Of a stretch of 64,000 nt of DNA, positions 41,915 through 54,490 are shown one piece after another (positions within the stretch are counted from its first letter, which is position 1; every line of letters starts with the position of its first letter). Source of the DNA: Octopus sinensis. Taxonomy: Eukaryota. Below the pieces are notes generated by a model that had not been told where the DNA came from, did not search any database, and worked only from the letters and a program-made list of their open reading frames with translations. Made by a program: the position numbers and the translations under genes. The stretch is from contig NC_043019.1 of assembly GCF_006345805.1 (NCBI RefSeq), positions 10,291,360-10,355,359 of the forward strand, read 5' to 3'.

Positions 41915-42269
41915 AACAGGATGGGAAACGTTGTGAGAGAAGATAAGATACAGACGTACATTTGGTGAATCCTCAACGTCTTGCTGAGAAATACTACATC
42001 AGCTGTGAATATTTCAAAGATTGTTAAACATTAGCATTTTGTGTAACCTAAGTAATAAAATATCTTTTTTTTTAAATCATGAGTCTTGTTGTGATTTGCC
42101 TTGGCAGTATTTCAGTTGACTTGAAATAAAAACAAACTAGAAAAATAAAATCCAAAAGCAATAAAAAATACATAAATACATAAAAAATGGATAAACTATG
42201 TAACGTGCATAGACACACATATACATATGTATACACACTTTCATATGTGTTTGTGTGTGTGTGTGTGAA

Positions 42270-42604
42270 GGCGCATGGCTCAGTGGTTAGAGCGTCGGGT
42301 TCACAATGATGAGGTAGTGAGTTCGATACCCGGACCGGGCTGCGTGTTGTGCTCTTGAGCAAGACACTTTATTTCATGTTGCCCCAGTTCGCTCAGCTGT
42401 AGAAATGAGCAGTGACGCCACTGGTGCCAAGCTGTATCGACCCCTTTGTCCTTTCCCTTGGATAACATCAATAGTGTGGAGAGGGGAGGGGCGGGGCTGG
42501 TATGCATGGGAACCTGCATAAACAACTCTTCAATAAAAGAATTGTGTCTTGGAGGTTAACTTTCTGGGTGAAATTCCATGGTCATTCATGACCGAAAGGG
42601 GTCT
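42270..42604 (+). mobile_element. tRNA-derived SINE, family 3
   Basis: A-box-like tggctcagtgg and B-box-like gagttcgatacc. Reverse copy at about 43670-43985 and a partial copy at about 45365-45575. Confidence 0.85.
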
Positions 42605-43378
42605 TTGCACTTTACCGTATGTATGTGCATGTGAGTGTGTGTCTGTGTGTGCGTTTGTCTATGTGTGTGTGTGTGAGTGTGTTTGTGTGTGCGTTTGTCT
42701 ATGTGTGTGTATGTGTGCGTGTGTATGTGTGTGAGTGTTTGTGTGTGCGTGTGTCTATGTGTGTGTATGTGACAGTATGTGTGAGTGTGCGTATGTCTAT
42801 GTGTGTGTATGTATGTGTGAATGTATGTGTATGTGTGAATGTGTGTGTATTTCTGTATGTATATGTGTGTGTATGAGTGCGTGTGCTGGTGTCTTCGTGT
42901 GTATGTGTGTTTGCGAGTGCATGTGTATGCGTGTGCTTTGCGCCTGCCTTTTGTTCCCTGCGACCGCTGAAAAGCGGTATTGTTACTTTACGTCCCCATA
43001 ACTTAGCAGTTCTATAGAGATCGACAGAATAAGCAGCAACCTTTACAAAAAGACTAAGCACTGGGATCGATTAGCTCGACTAAAAATTTTGTAAGGCAGT
43101 GCCCCAGCATGGCCACAGATCTCATTGTTTTTAGCTCAAACTCTAAACATTGCGCCACACATACATACACACGCATACACACATACATACACATATATAT
43201 ATATGGATATATATATATGTATGTATATATATATGTATATATATATGTATGTATGAACATATATATATATATATGTATATATATATATGTATGTATATAT
43301 ATATGTATATATATATGTATGTATGAACATATATATATATATATGTATATACATATATATATATATATATGTATGAAC

Positions 43379-43431
<53 letters not shown>

Positions 43432-44095
43432 CATACATACATACATACATACATACGACGGGTTTCTTTCAGTTTCCGTCTACCAAATCCACTCACAAGG
43501 CTTTGGTCGGCCCGAGGCTATAGTCGTAGAAGCCACTTGCACAAGGTGTCATACAGTGGAACTGAACCGGGAACCATGTGTTTGGAAAGCAAGTTTCTTA
43601 CCACAGTAACACATGAACGCACACACTCATACCCCGCCCACACACACATGAGACCCCCTTTTGGTTATAAATGACCATGAGTTGCACCTAGAAAGTTTTC
43701 CTCCGAGGCACAAGTCCGGTCAAAGTTGTTTATGGAAGACCAGCAGTCGCCCATGCATACCAGCTTTCTCTCTCCACGCCACTGATGTCATCCAGGGGAA
43801 AGGCAAAGGGGCCGATACAGCTTGACACCAGTGACGTTGTAACTCATTTTTACAGTTGAGTGAACTGAAGCAACATGAAATAAAATGTCTTGCTGAAGAA
43901 CACAACATGCAGCCCAGTCCGGGAATCGAATTCACTACCTCATGATTGTGAGCCCGACGCCCTAATCACTGAGCCATGCGCCTTCACTTATGTGTGTGTA
44001 TGTATGATTGACCGCTAACTCCAAAAGTTCTTTTGTTAATTCTCTCTGTTTATTTCCTTGTGTTCCTTTCTGTTAGTAGTAGTAGTAGTAGCAGA

Positions 44096-44127
<32 letters not shown>

Positions 44128-44712
44128 TAGTAGTAAGGTTAGCAAGACACAGGTTTCCTTCTCTGAAACAGGTTCTCTCAAGAAAGTTGCGTAGCAAACC
44201 TATACAAATGAATGGTGAAAAGCAAAATAGGGATTTTGAAAGAAGCATCCAGGAAACTAGCATTTAAACATTGAATAACTATGGGGGTCGACCAGAATAA
44301 AATAGTATTCAAAAGGGTCCATACATGAAAAAGGATCACTGCTTTCAACATTGCCCGTTTTTCAGTAAAGTGAAAAAAAAAAAAACTTATAAGGGACGTA
44401 ACTATGATAACCTACATCATTGTTGTCTCCCTTGAAAATTACGCAATTGTCTGTAATATCACGCAAGATGAAAGAATTTTCCCCAGACTTTTAAATCTAC
44501 TTTTTGCCTTCACCTTGTCGTTAGATTGCGGTCATGCTGGGGCACTACATTGAAGAATTTGAGTCGAACGGATCGAATCCAGTATTCGTTATTTTCTCTT
44601 AAGCCTGGTACTTATTCTATTGGTTGCTTTCATCGAACTGCTAAGTTACAGGGACGCGAACACGCCAACATCCATTGTCAAGTTATTGTGGGAGGCAACT
44701 AGACACACAGAA

Positions 44713-44930
44713 GGGCAGCGGACTCGCGGTCGTAGGATCGCAGTTTCGATTCCCAGACCGGGCGTTGTGAGTGTTTATTGAGCGAAAACACCTAAAAGCT
44801 CCACGAGGCTCCGGCAGGGGGTGGTGATCCCTGCTGTACTCTTTCACCACTCTATTTAATGGCGGTGCCCCAGCATGGCCACAGCTCGTGAGCTGAAACT
44901 AGATAAAATAAAATAAAATAAAATAAAATA
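44713..44930 (+). mobile_element. tRNA-headed SINE fragment joined to a LINE-A-type 3' tail with (TAAAA)n
   Basis: B-box-like gtttcgattccc. 44858-44900 matches LINE-A 29040-29082 at 42 of 43 positions. Confidence 0.75.
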
Positions 44931-46215
44931 TATGTATGTATGTATGCATGTATAACGGGCTTCTTTCAGTTTCCATCTATCAAATCCACTAAAATGGCTT
45001 TGGTCAACTATTGCAGAAGACATTTACCCAAGGTGTCATGCAGTGGGACTGAACTCAGAACCATGTCTTTGGGAAGCAAGCTTCTTACCACACACCCACG
45101 CCTGTGCTAATACACACACAAACACATATACATATATAAAATAAGCAACAGGCTTCTTTCAGATTCCGTCCACAAAATCCACTCAAGGCTTTGGTTGGCC
45201 CGAGGCCATAGTAGAACACGCTCGCCCAAAGTGCCACGCAGTAGGCCTGATCCTCGAACCATGAATGTACCTTGTTTTGATGTTGTTATATTTCTTCCAC
45301 AAGTCATTGGTTGTAGATCGAAATTTGCTAACGAGTATTCGTGTGCGAAACACGAACTCAGTCAATCAGCTGTAGAAATGAGTTGCGACGTCACTGGTGC
45401 CAAGCTGTATTGGCCCCTTTCCCTTTCCCTTGGATAACACTAGTGGTATGGAGAGGGGAGGCTGGTATGCATGGGTGACTGCTGGTCTTCCATAAACAAC
45501 CATGCCCAGACTTGTGCCTGGGAGGGTAGCTTTCTAGGTGCAATCCCAGGGTCTGTGTAGTGAACGAAGGGGGTCTCAGATTATATATATATATATATAT
45601 GCGTGTGTGTTATCTTTTACTTGTTTCAGTCATTTAACTGTGGCCTTGCTGGAACACCACCTTGAGGGATTTGCAGTCGAATGGATCGACCTCGCCAGTA
45701 CTTGCTTCTTTTTAAAATCCTACTACTTATTCTATCGGTGTCTTTTACCGAACTGCTAAGTTACAGAGATGCAAACACACCAACACTGGTTGTCAAGCAG
45801 TAGTAGGCAACAGACAGACACACACACATCAGGGTGGGCATGCCTGGAACACTTGACTGTGGCTTTGTTGGATCAAAGTTGACTAGACTAAAGAGCAAGA
45901 CAGGATGGATGGCCATGAATGGAACGGTTTACTTTCCTTCATAATTCTGCAGGATCAAGAACCAGTCTATGTGACTTTACAGTAATCCCTCGACTATCAC
46001 AGGTATTACATTACAAAACACCCAGCGACAGGTGAAAATCCGCAAAGTAGAAACAGTACTGTGCTGTATTTTTTTATTATCATGTTTTATAATTTGTGTA
46101 TATTTATTTTATTACAAATACAAAATAACACCACGGAGGAATCGACGTAAGCTTAAATAATAAATGGCGATAGGTGAACGATGAGAGATGAACCGCAATA
46201 TGGCGAGGGATTACT

Positions 46216-46583
46216 GTGTGTATATATATATACATATATATATACATATTATATATATACATATATATATACATATATATATATATACATATATATACAT
46301 ATATATATATATATACATATATACATATATATATATATATACATACATATATATATACATATATATACATACATATATATATATACATATATATACATAC
46401 ATATATATATATACATATATATACATACATATATATATATACATATATATACATACATATATATATATACATACATATTATATATACATATATATACATA
46501 CATATATATACATATATATATATACATATATATATATAATATATATATACATATATATACTACATATATATACATATATATAC

Positions 46584-46620
<37 letters not shown>

Positions 46621-46945
46621 CATATATACATACATATATATACTATATATACATACAATATATACATATATATACATATATATACATACATATATATACA
46701 TATACATACATATATATATATATATACAACATATATATACATATATACATACATATATACATATATATACATACATATATATACTATATATACATACATA
46801 ATATACATATATATACATACAATATATACATATATACATACATATATATACATATATATACATACATATATATACATATATATACATACATATATATACA
46901 TATATATACATACATATACATATATATATATAATACATATATATA

Positions 46946-46976
<31 letters not shown>

Positions 46977-47110
46977 CATATATATACATATATATACACA
47001 TATATATATACATATATATACACATATATATACACATATATATATACACATATATATATATACATATATACATATATATATATACATATACATATATATA
47101 TATATTTTAT
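46216..47110. repeat. (TA)n/(CATA)n microsatellite
   Basis: Direct inspection. Similar arrays at about 38200-38900, 43180-43450 and 49190-49500. Confidence 0.95.
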
Positions 47111-47499
47111 ATAATTTGTATTACTAAAAATAAGTGTATGTAAGTATAACGTTTGTCCTGCACATATATCTCTGTATATATTGCCCATCTGATATATTCA
47201 ACTGATGATGGCAAAGCTTATTTGAAGCAAAGCTAGAAACCCAGGATCTTGAATTATTCAATAATATTTTTGCTAGTCTATTTTGTCCCTCTGTTTTATC
47301 TCATGGTGCGATATGAACACAACGGGGTTTTTAAAGTCAGGGTTTTGACTGCTATTTCGGCATGGTGGTGTCTCTCAGACACCCTTATTTTTAGTTGTAA
47401 AAAAATGATTACCTTTGTACGGTATTTTTTCCCATGCTGGCCACTTGATAATATCGATATTATCCTTATTTATAAAATTATATAATTTGTATATATTTA

Positions 47500-48285
47500 T
47501 CTCTCTATATATAAAGCTGAAGTTGTCTGTGTATGGCAGGTTTGGTAGCCTTCAACTAACATTATCTCCTCCAAGACCCTGCGGCACAAGTTGACCAAAA
47601 TTGAGAGTATGATAGAAGAAGACTTGCTCTTCCTTCCGTAGAAGAAAAAATTCAAATTGGACCATGTTAACACCAAAAATTATTTACATCAAAATGGTGC
47701 TTTTTTTTCTATGAAAATCCCTATTTTTTACGATTTAACAAGCTACATCATCATCATCATCATTTAGCGTCCGTTTTTCCATGCTAGCATGGGTTGGACG
47801 GTTCAACTGGGATCTGTGAAGCCGGAAGGCTTCATCAGGCCCAGTCAGATCACTCCGTGAGTGTAGTGGGTGCTTTTTAAGTGCCACCAGCACAGGTGCC
47901 AGACAGAGCTGGCAAACGGCCACGAACGGATGGTGCTTTCATGTGCCACCAGCACGGGGGCCAGGTGAGGCTGGCAACGGACACGAACGGATGGTGCTTT
48001 TACGTGCCACCGGCACGGAGGCCAGGCGAGGCTGGCAGTGGACACGAACGGATGGTGCTTTTATGTGCCACCGGCACGGAGGCCAGACGGGGTGGTGCCG
48101 GCAACGACCACGATCGGATGGTTCGCTTAACCACAGCTGCAATTTCCACTGATGTTGATCGACCTCAATTTTGGTTCTGCTTTCTGATATCTGATTTGAT
48201 TTGGTAATGCAAAATTTTTACTTTTCAAAAATTCCAATTCTAAAGGGTCGAAACAAACCCAAGCAACGCCGGGCGATACTGCTAG
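47500..48285 (+). mobile_element. Non-autonomous Helitron with a nested RTE-type insertion
   Basis: Begins TC after A (a|tctctctatatataaag), ends CTAG before T, GC-rich subterminal cccaagcaacgccggg, no TSD. An empty paralogous site exists at 46106/46107. Confidence 0.8.
47746..48205 (-). mobile_element. RTE-related repeat with four internal tandem units of about 61 bp
   Basis: (CAT)n tail at 47746. Units gtgccacc(a/g)gcac...cacgaacggatggtgcttt at 47881, 47943, 48004 and 48065. The same family occurs at about 62700-63240. Confidence 0.75.
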
Positions 48286-49382
48286 TTTTATTATAAATGC
48301 AAAACACCACCACAGACAAATCCACGTAAGCTTAAATAACAAACCGCAATATGGCGAGGCATTAATGTATATCAACAACAACAATAACAACAGCAGTGAT
48401 TTCACAATTAAATTTATTATTTTTTTTTGGTCTTTTTCTGGGTAAATAAAGTTGTTTGAGTGTCCTTGGCATATTTCTATCCAGACATATTTTGCTGGTT
48501 GAATGCCTAAGACTGTGTTTTTGGGATTCCATATCAACAGCCTGATTTTTTGGCAATATAATGCTTTGTTCCATTGACCTATATTTTGGGTCTTCGCAAA
48601 AGAAGAGGAGAAGGAGGAGGAGGAGAAGCGGTAACAGGTTTCAATACATCACACCTGAACAGGTGAGACTGACAGAACGAAGGTGTGTGTGTGTGTGGAG
48701 GGGGAATAAAGTGTCTGGGGCAAATGGTGAGGAAAAAGAAAGGGGTAGTGTTTGAGGGAGGGTGACGTGGCATATTTGCCCTGGCCCGTGGTGGATGGGT
48801 ACTGTGTGTAGGGTTGTGTATGTTGGAGTGTATGTATGTGTGTGTAATATGGTGTGTGTGTGTGTATGCTTAAGCGGTGAGGTGTAACAGATGGTGGAAC
48901 GGGAACAGATCGACAAAACATTGGGGTCGAGAAATATATTAATGATTTTTATACACATTCACAAGAGTAAATAAATAAATAGAACAAAACAAAAACAAAC
49001 AGCAAAGCAACACATGTGAGTGCATGTGTGTGTGAGTCTGTGCATGCATGTGTGTGTGTGTGTGTGCAAGTTTGCATGCCCGCATGTAGGTGTCTGGGCA
49101 TAAGAGTGTACGCATGTTTATGTATGACAACATACATATGTTGGTATACTGATATACCGAAAGGTCATGCATGACAAGATACAGGACTTTCATATACAAA
49201 CATACATATATATATACACACACACACACATAAGCGTATGTATGTATATAGATACTTGTGTGTGTGTGTGTGTGTATATATATAGACACGCATATAGATA
49301 TATGTATATATATTCATATGTAAGTATATATATGTATATATATATATACATATATATATATACATACGTATGTATCTATGTA

Positions 49383-49421
<39 letters not shown>

Positions 49422-50177
49422 CACACATACATATTCATACACTTATACACATACACACATACACACACAAACATACACACACACACATATATCTATATGA
49501 AGCAAGCGAGAGAAGCATGTATTTGGTCAGTTTGCTATCGACATTTAAGGTGGTTGTCTTCGTTTGCTGTCGTTCCATTCCCCTTCACCCACCCTCAAAT
49601 GTCCTGGGGTGTGTTTAATCTCCGGAAGAAATCAGCTTCTGCCATTTGAAGACAATAAATAGAGACCCGGATTCGAAAAGTGGAGGCTGTTACCTGAAAT
49701 ATCAAAAAATGTAATTAGAGAAATATTTTAATTACAAAGACATAATAATAGTGATAATGATTAAGATTACCAATAAAATTAATATGAATAATCTTCGGAA
49801 TTCCTTACACTGTAAAATAATAATATCAATAAATGATGATGATGATGATGATTTCAGAATTTTGGCGCAAGGCCAGGCAATTTCAGGGAAGGGGGTCAGT
49901 TGGTTACATCAACCACAGTGCTCAGCTTGTATTTATTTCATCAACCCCAAAAGGATGAAAGCAAAGTTGGCCCTGCAGAATTTGAACTCAGAACAGAAAA
50001 CCAGAAGATAATACTAAATGCCCTGATGCAGTTCCAGGCAGTGGCTCTCATGGCTTCTGATCTTAACTGATCAGAAGTGTTATGAGGTACATTGATAACA
50101 CTCACTCACTCACTCAACAACAACAACAACAACAGCAGCAGCAGCACCAGCAACAAGACCAAGAACAACAACAACAA

Positions 50178-50575
50178 ATGCCCTGATGCAGTACCAGACA
50201 GTGTCTCTCACGGCTCCTGATCTTAACTGATTGGAAGTGTTATCATGTACATTGTTTTGTCTTGGTATAAAAGATGGGCTACAGCAAATATTCTGCTCAA
50301 TACCACAGATTTGCTTCTCAGTTGTTTGACCTGAACTGGTTGAGCATGTCCCTTAGTGGCTGACGATATGTGCATCTCTGATCACGAGCAGAAGCAGTAG
50401 AGGAGCATCATAGCCATGTGTTGAGAGGGATTCTTTGGGGTTTGAATGATTCGCCTCTGGAAACAGGGGTGTTTTGTTCAACATCCTTAAACAACCCTTA
50501 TTCAGGGACCTTTTGAGTGGGATGGGCTACTCGACCTGAAGAAAATTCTAACTGGGCTCCACCTGCCTTCCAGCA
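50178..50575 (-). mobile_element. Retroelement 3'-end repeat with (TTG/ATT)n tail
   Basis: About 400 bp, closely similar to 56135-56500. Ends gcctggtactgcatcagggc plus microsatellite on the minus strand. A shorter copy lies at about 50018-50095. Confidence 0.75.
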
Positions 50576-51126
50576 GAGCAGCTGCGGTCAAACCGTCCAA
50601 CCCATGCCAGCATGAACAACGGATGTATGATGATGATTGTTTATTCTTAGAGTGACCTCGTGGGGTAGGTGTGAGGGCAGTCAGATCTGGCCAGTTTAGG
50701 GTTAAGACCCCCAACCATGAAGTGGGGTCTGGTTGAAAACTTAGAACTGATACTTACTGCCCAAACCTGAGACTTACTAACGTGTATAAAGAACCCATTT
50801 TTGTCAAAAATTAGGTTAAAAATTATGGGAGTTTCTTATACATGGATATTATTATAATCCCTTACAAAACCTTTTTTCAAAATTTTAAGCCCAAAATATT
50901 AGGGGGTTCTTCATGCAATTCTGGTCATTATAAAAATATAACTTTTGTTTGTTTGTTTGTTTCTTTCTTTGTTTTTGTGTTAACAGGCAGAGGAGAAAGT
51001 AGAGTTATGTACCTTGCTCAAGGTGAAAGAGAGCAGTAGAAAATGGTGAATGTCATTAGCAGAATCTCAAATGAATTCTGTTATTCCATAACTTGTTTCA
51101 GTCATTTGACTGCGGCCATGCTGGAG

Positions 51127-52062
51127 CACTGCCTCAAAGACATTTCTCTGACTATGGCAGCTTTCAAAGAATATTTGGTGTTGTGGGCGTGTTCATTGAC
51201 CTCTCTCTCAACAATGTAATAGTCCAATAGATTGAGAACTCGGGAATTAGGAGGCCAAATGTTAGGGGTTATGTGATCACGAAAATTTTCAGCCATCCAT
51301 TCTTGTGTCGCTAGAACCATGTGTGATAGTGCAGAGTCTTACTGAAACACATATGGCCTTCCATTACATACACTGTCTTTCCAGGGATTAACAATTATTT
51401 CCAGGACCTTAATGTAGGCAGCAGAGTTTACTCTAAGGCCTTGTGTAAGCCATCTGAAATTTCTTCTGTTAAATTTTTGATCTTGGTCAAAGTTTTTCTC
51501 GTTTCAGAAAAAAACAAATCAAATCTTCTGAATTTTTCAGTTAATTTAAGAGCTTTTTTTAGATCTGATGTAGTAATTCTCTTTTGCTTCTTCAGACAAA
51601 CTGACCTTTCCTCATCATATAAAACTTATATCTTATATCTTTGTGGACAACATTTCTGGCTGTTCCTTCTGACACATGCAGATCTTTTGCAATTGACCTC
51701 ATGGACTTTCTGGGATTGTAATCAAATGGTCTGTTGAATTTACTGGATAAATTCAAGGGTTTTGATGATTTCAGAATGTTTAGAATGCTTTTTATGCTTT
51801 CATACTGGTGATATGTTTCCATCTTCAGTGTCGAGCTCCCTACAAACTTTGTAGACAAAAGATCTGGCAACCCCTAAAAATCAAAATATTTCTAAATCGC
51901 TTTGCTCAGCCTTTACAACCACAATAACAACATGCCTCTTCATTTCTTGAGTAAGCAGAGGGTCTGCCACTATTATTTTCTGAAACAAAGATTATGCAGA
52001 GTTACCAAAAAATGCAGCAATAACTAAAAAAAGTACTGTCCGCAAATACATTACACACCCTG
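51127..52062 (-). mobile_element. Decayed IS630-Tc1-mariner (maT/DD37D-like) transposon
   Basis: Minus strand gives MRSIAKDLHVSEGT (HTH), YVFQ*DSALSH and WPPNSRVLNLLDYY. Terminus ta|CAGGGTG at 52062. Confidence 0.8.
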
Positions 52063-52559
52063 TACATACACGACAAGCATCTTTCAGTTTCTGTCTACAA
52101 AATCTACTCACAAGGCTTTGGTCGGCCCAAGGCTAGAGTAGAAGACATTTGTCCAAGGTGCCATGCAGTGGGACTGAACCCATGACCATGTGGTAGGGAA
52201 GCAAGCTTCTTACCACACAGCCACGTAGACTTACATGAACAGTTATATAAACACATGCACATATATACAAAGCATTATATGCATCTATACGTATGAGCAT
52301 GTGTGTCTACGGATGCCATAGAGATCTACTTACCATAATTTAAGAGGACATCCCACCACCACACACACACACACCCCTCCATGTGTGTGTGGTGGAGGTG
52401 AGTGGAGGAATAATTAGTTTGCAACTTTGGTTGGTTTTCTGATGTGATGGAAACTTGGCAGAAGTTTGGAAAGGAAATCCAGCTGCAGAGTCTGTGCCTG
52501 GGAAAGAAATACGTTTGGAAATTGGTTCAAAGTCTTAAGTTTGCGCAGGAGGTCATAGC

Positions 52560-53115
52560 ATTAAGAAGAAGGTCATAAACTTTGGTACAACATGAAAGTT
52601 CTTTGAAACGATGTCACAAACAGGAAGTTGTGAACTTTAAAATGACATCATAAGTTTAGGAATAAGGCAACGGATTTTGTCTGAAGAACTTAAACTTTGA
52701 AACAAGATAAACTAAAGAACAAAAGTCATAAGCTTTGGTATAACATCATAAAAGCTGAGACATCGTAATCAATGACGTCATAAATTTGGATATTTCGTTA
52801 CAGACACACAATGTAATAAACTTTGAAATAACATCATGCCCTTCCAAGAAACACTCCGACACAAGGTTGCAAAGTCTGGCACAATACTGCAGACTTTGAC
52901 ACAATTCCACAAACATGCAACATGTGGCACAAAGTTTGACAGTGTCACAAACGTTGGCACAACATCACAAACTGTGACACAATGGCACAAGCTGCAGTAC
53001 AACGTTACATACTTTGGCCTGTTACAAAACTATGCAACATGTGGCACAAAGTTTGACAGTGTCACAAACTGTGGTACAATGTTATAAACTGTGACACAAT
53101 GTCACAAAGTTTGCC
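52560..53115. repeat. Degenerate minisatellite with a direct repeat of about 117 bp
   Basis: gtcataaactttggtacaacat-like units, then atgcaacatgtggcacaaagtttgacagtgtcacaaac twice (about 52915 and 53032). Confidence 0.75.
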
Positions 53116-53383
53116 ATGGTAAGACAATAATGATGATAGTGGTGGTTGTTGAAGGGGTATTTCACAGCTATTTATATGATGAAACCTCAATGCTGCAAAG
53201 AGCAATTTCAACCTTTCACAGGAGTTCAACTTAAGAATGTAGGTACACATCTCTAAACGCAATATTAAAGAACTCCTCTCTAAATACTAAAAAAGATTCT
53301 GTCCAGCCTCCTACTAACTACCAAATGTTCAATCAACCAGTGCCTCCAAAATTTCAGGCCTTGTGCCTATAGCACAAAGGACA

Positions 53384-53414
<31 letters not shown>

Positions 53415-54214
53415 TTATTATTATTAAGGTGGCAAGGTAGCAGAATTGTTAGCACACAGGGTAAAATGTTTAGTGGTGTCTTGTCTGTCCTTAAATTCTG
53501 AGTTCAAATTCTGACGAGGTCGACTTTGCCTTTCATCCTTTTGGGGATCAATAAATCAAGTACCCATAAAGCGCTGGGGGTCGATGTAATCGACTAGTCC
53601 CCTGTTCTCCAAAATTTCAGACCTTGTGCCTTTAGTAGAAAGGATTACCATTATTATTACTATTATTATTACTATAGACAGCATGGAGATTGAATTGGTT
53701 GGCACCACACTGAAGGAAATACAATTTGATAACAGGACCATGTGTTAACCACAAGTCAATGGGTTGACCTAGGGTTAAAGAACATCATCATCATGATCAC
53801 ACCATCATCAACTCCATCCCTGATATCATTATTACTAGCAATTTGCCCCTCTGGCTATTACCACCACCATCACTACTACTACTACTACCACTACTGCTTT
53901 ATCATTTACCATGCTGAAACCATCTGGCCAGTCTCTCCTCTGCCTTCTGCTCCCCCTCGGCCTCTCCTATACACCTTCCAAAGGTCACATTTAAAAATAT
54001 ATAAACATATCCAACATATCAGAGTGGAGGGTGATGAGGGGTGGTGGTGTGGTGGTAGTAGTAGAAGTGAGCATGGTAGTGGTGGTGGTGATGGTGGGTG
54101 CAGTGATGGTGGAGGTGGTGTTACTGATATCATACCAGGAGTGGTATGACAATGGTGATGATGGTGGTGGCAGCGGTGGTATTTTCCGGAAATAAACCTC
54201 AATACATGATAAAG

Positions 54215-54490
54215 TGCATGAGAGAGAGAGAGGGAGAGAGAGAGAGAGGGAGAGAAAGAGAGAGAGAGGGAGAGAAAGAGAGAGAGAGGGAGAGAAAGAG
54301 AGAGAGAAAGAGATAACAAGAGAGAGGAAGAGAGACTTAAATAGAGTGAAATATAAGGGAGAGGGAGAAAAGACGAGAGAGAGAGAGAGAGAGAGATAAT
54401 AACGAAGGGAGATAACAAGTGAGAGGGATAGAGACTTAGACAGAGTGAAAGAGAAGAGAGAGGGAGAAAGACAAGAGGGAGAGAGAGAGG
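54215..54490. repeat. (GA)n microsatellite
   Basis: Direct inspection. Confidence 0.9.

Noticed and set aside
42270-42345. tRNA-like sequences with A and B boxes (several places)
   Set aside because: They run directly into SINE bodies and do not form a full cloverleaf, so they are SINE heads rather than tRNA genes.
47881-48125. CRISPR-like tandem units of about 61 bp (also 62860-63010)
   Set aside because: The whole unit repeats with divergence, there are no unique spacers and no cas genes, the context is eukaryotic, and the units are internal to a dispersed RTE-related repeat.
52836-53087. ORF with repeated ATCGTKFDSVTN
   Set aside because: Reflects the underlying DNA minisatellite. No splice or codon evidence for a protein.
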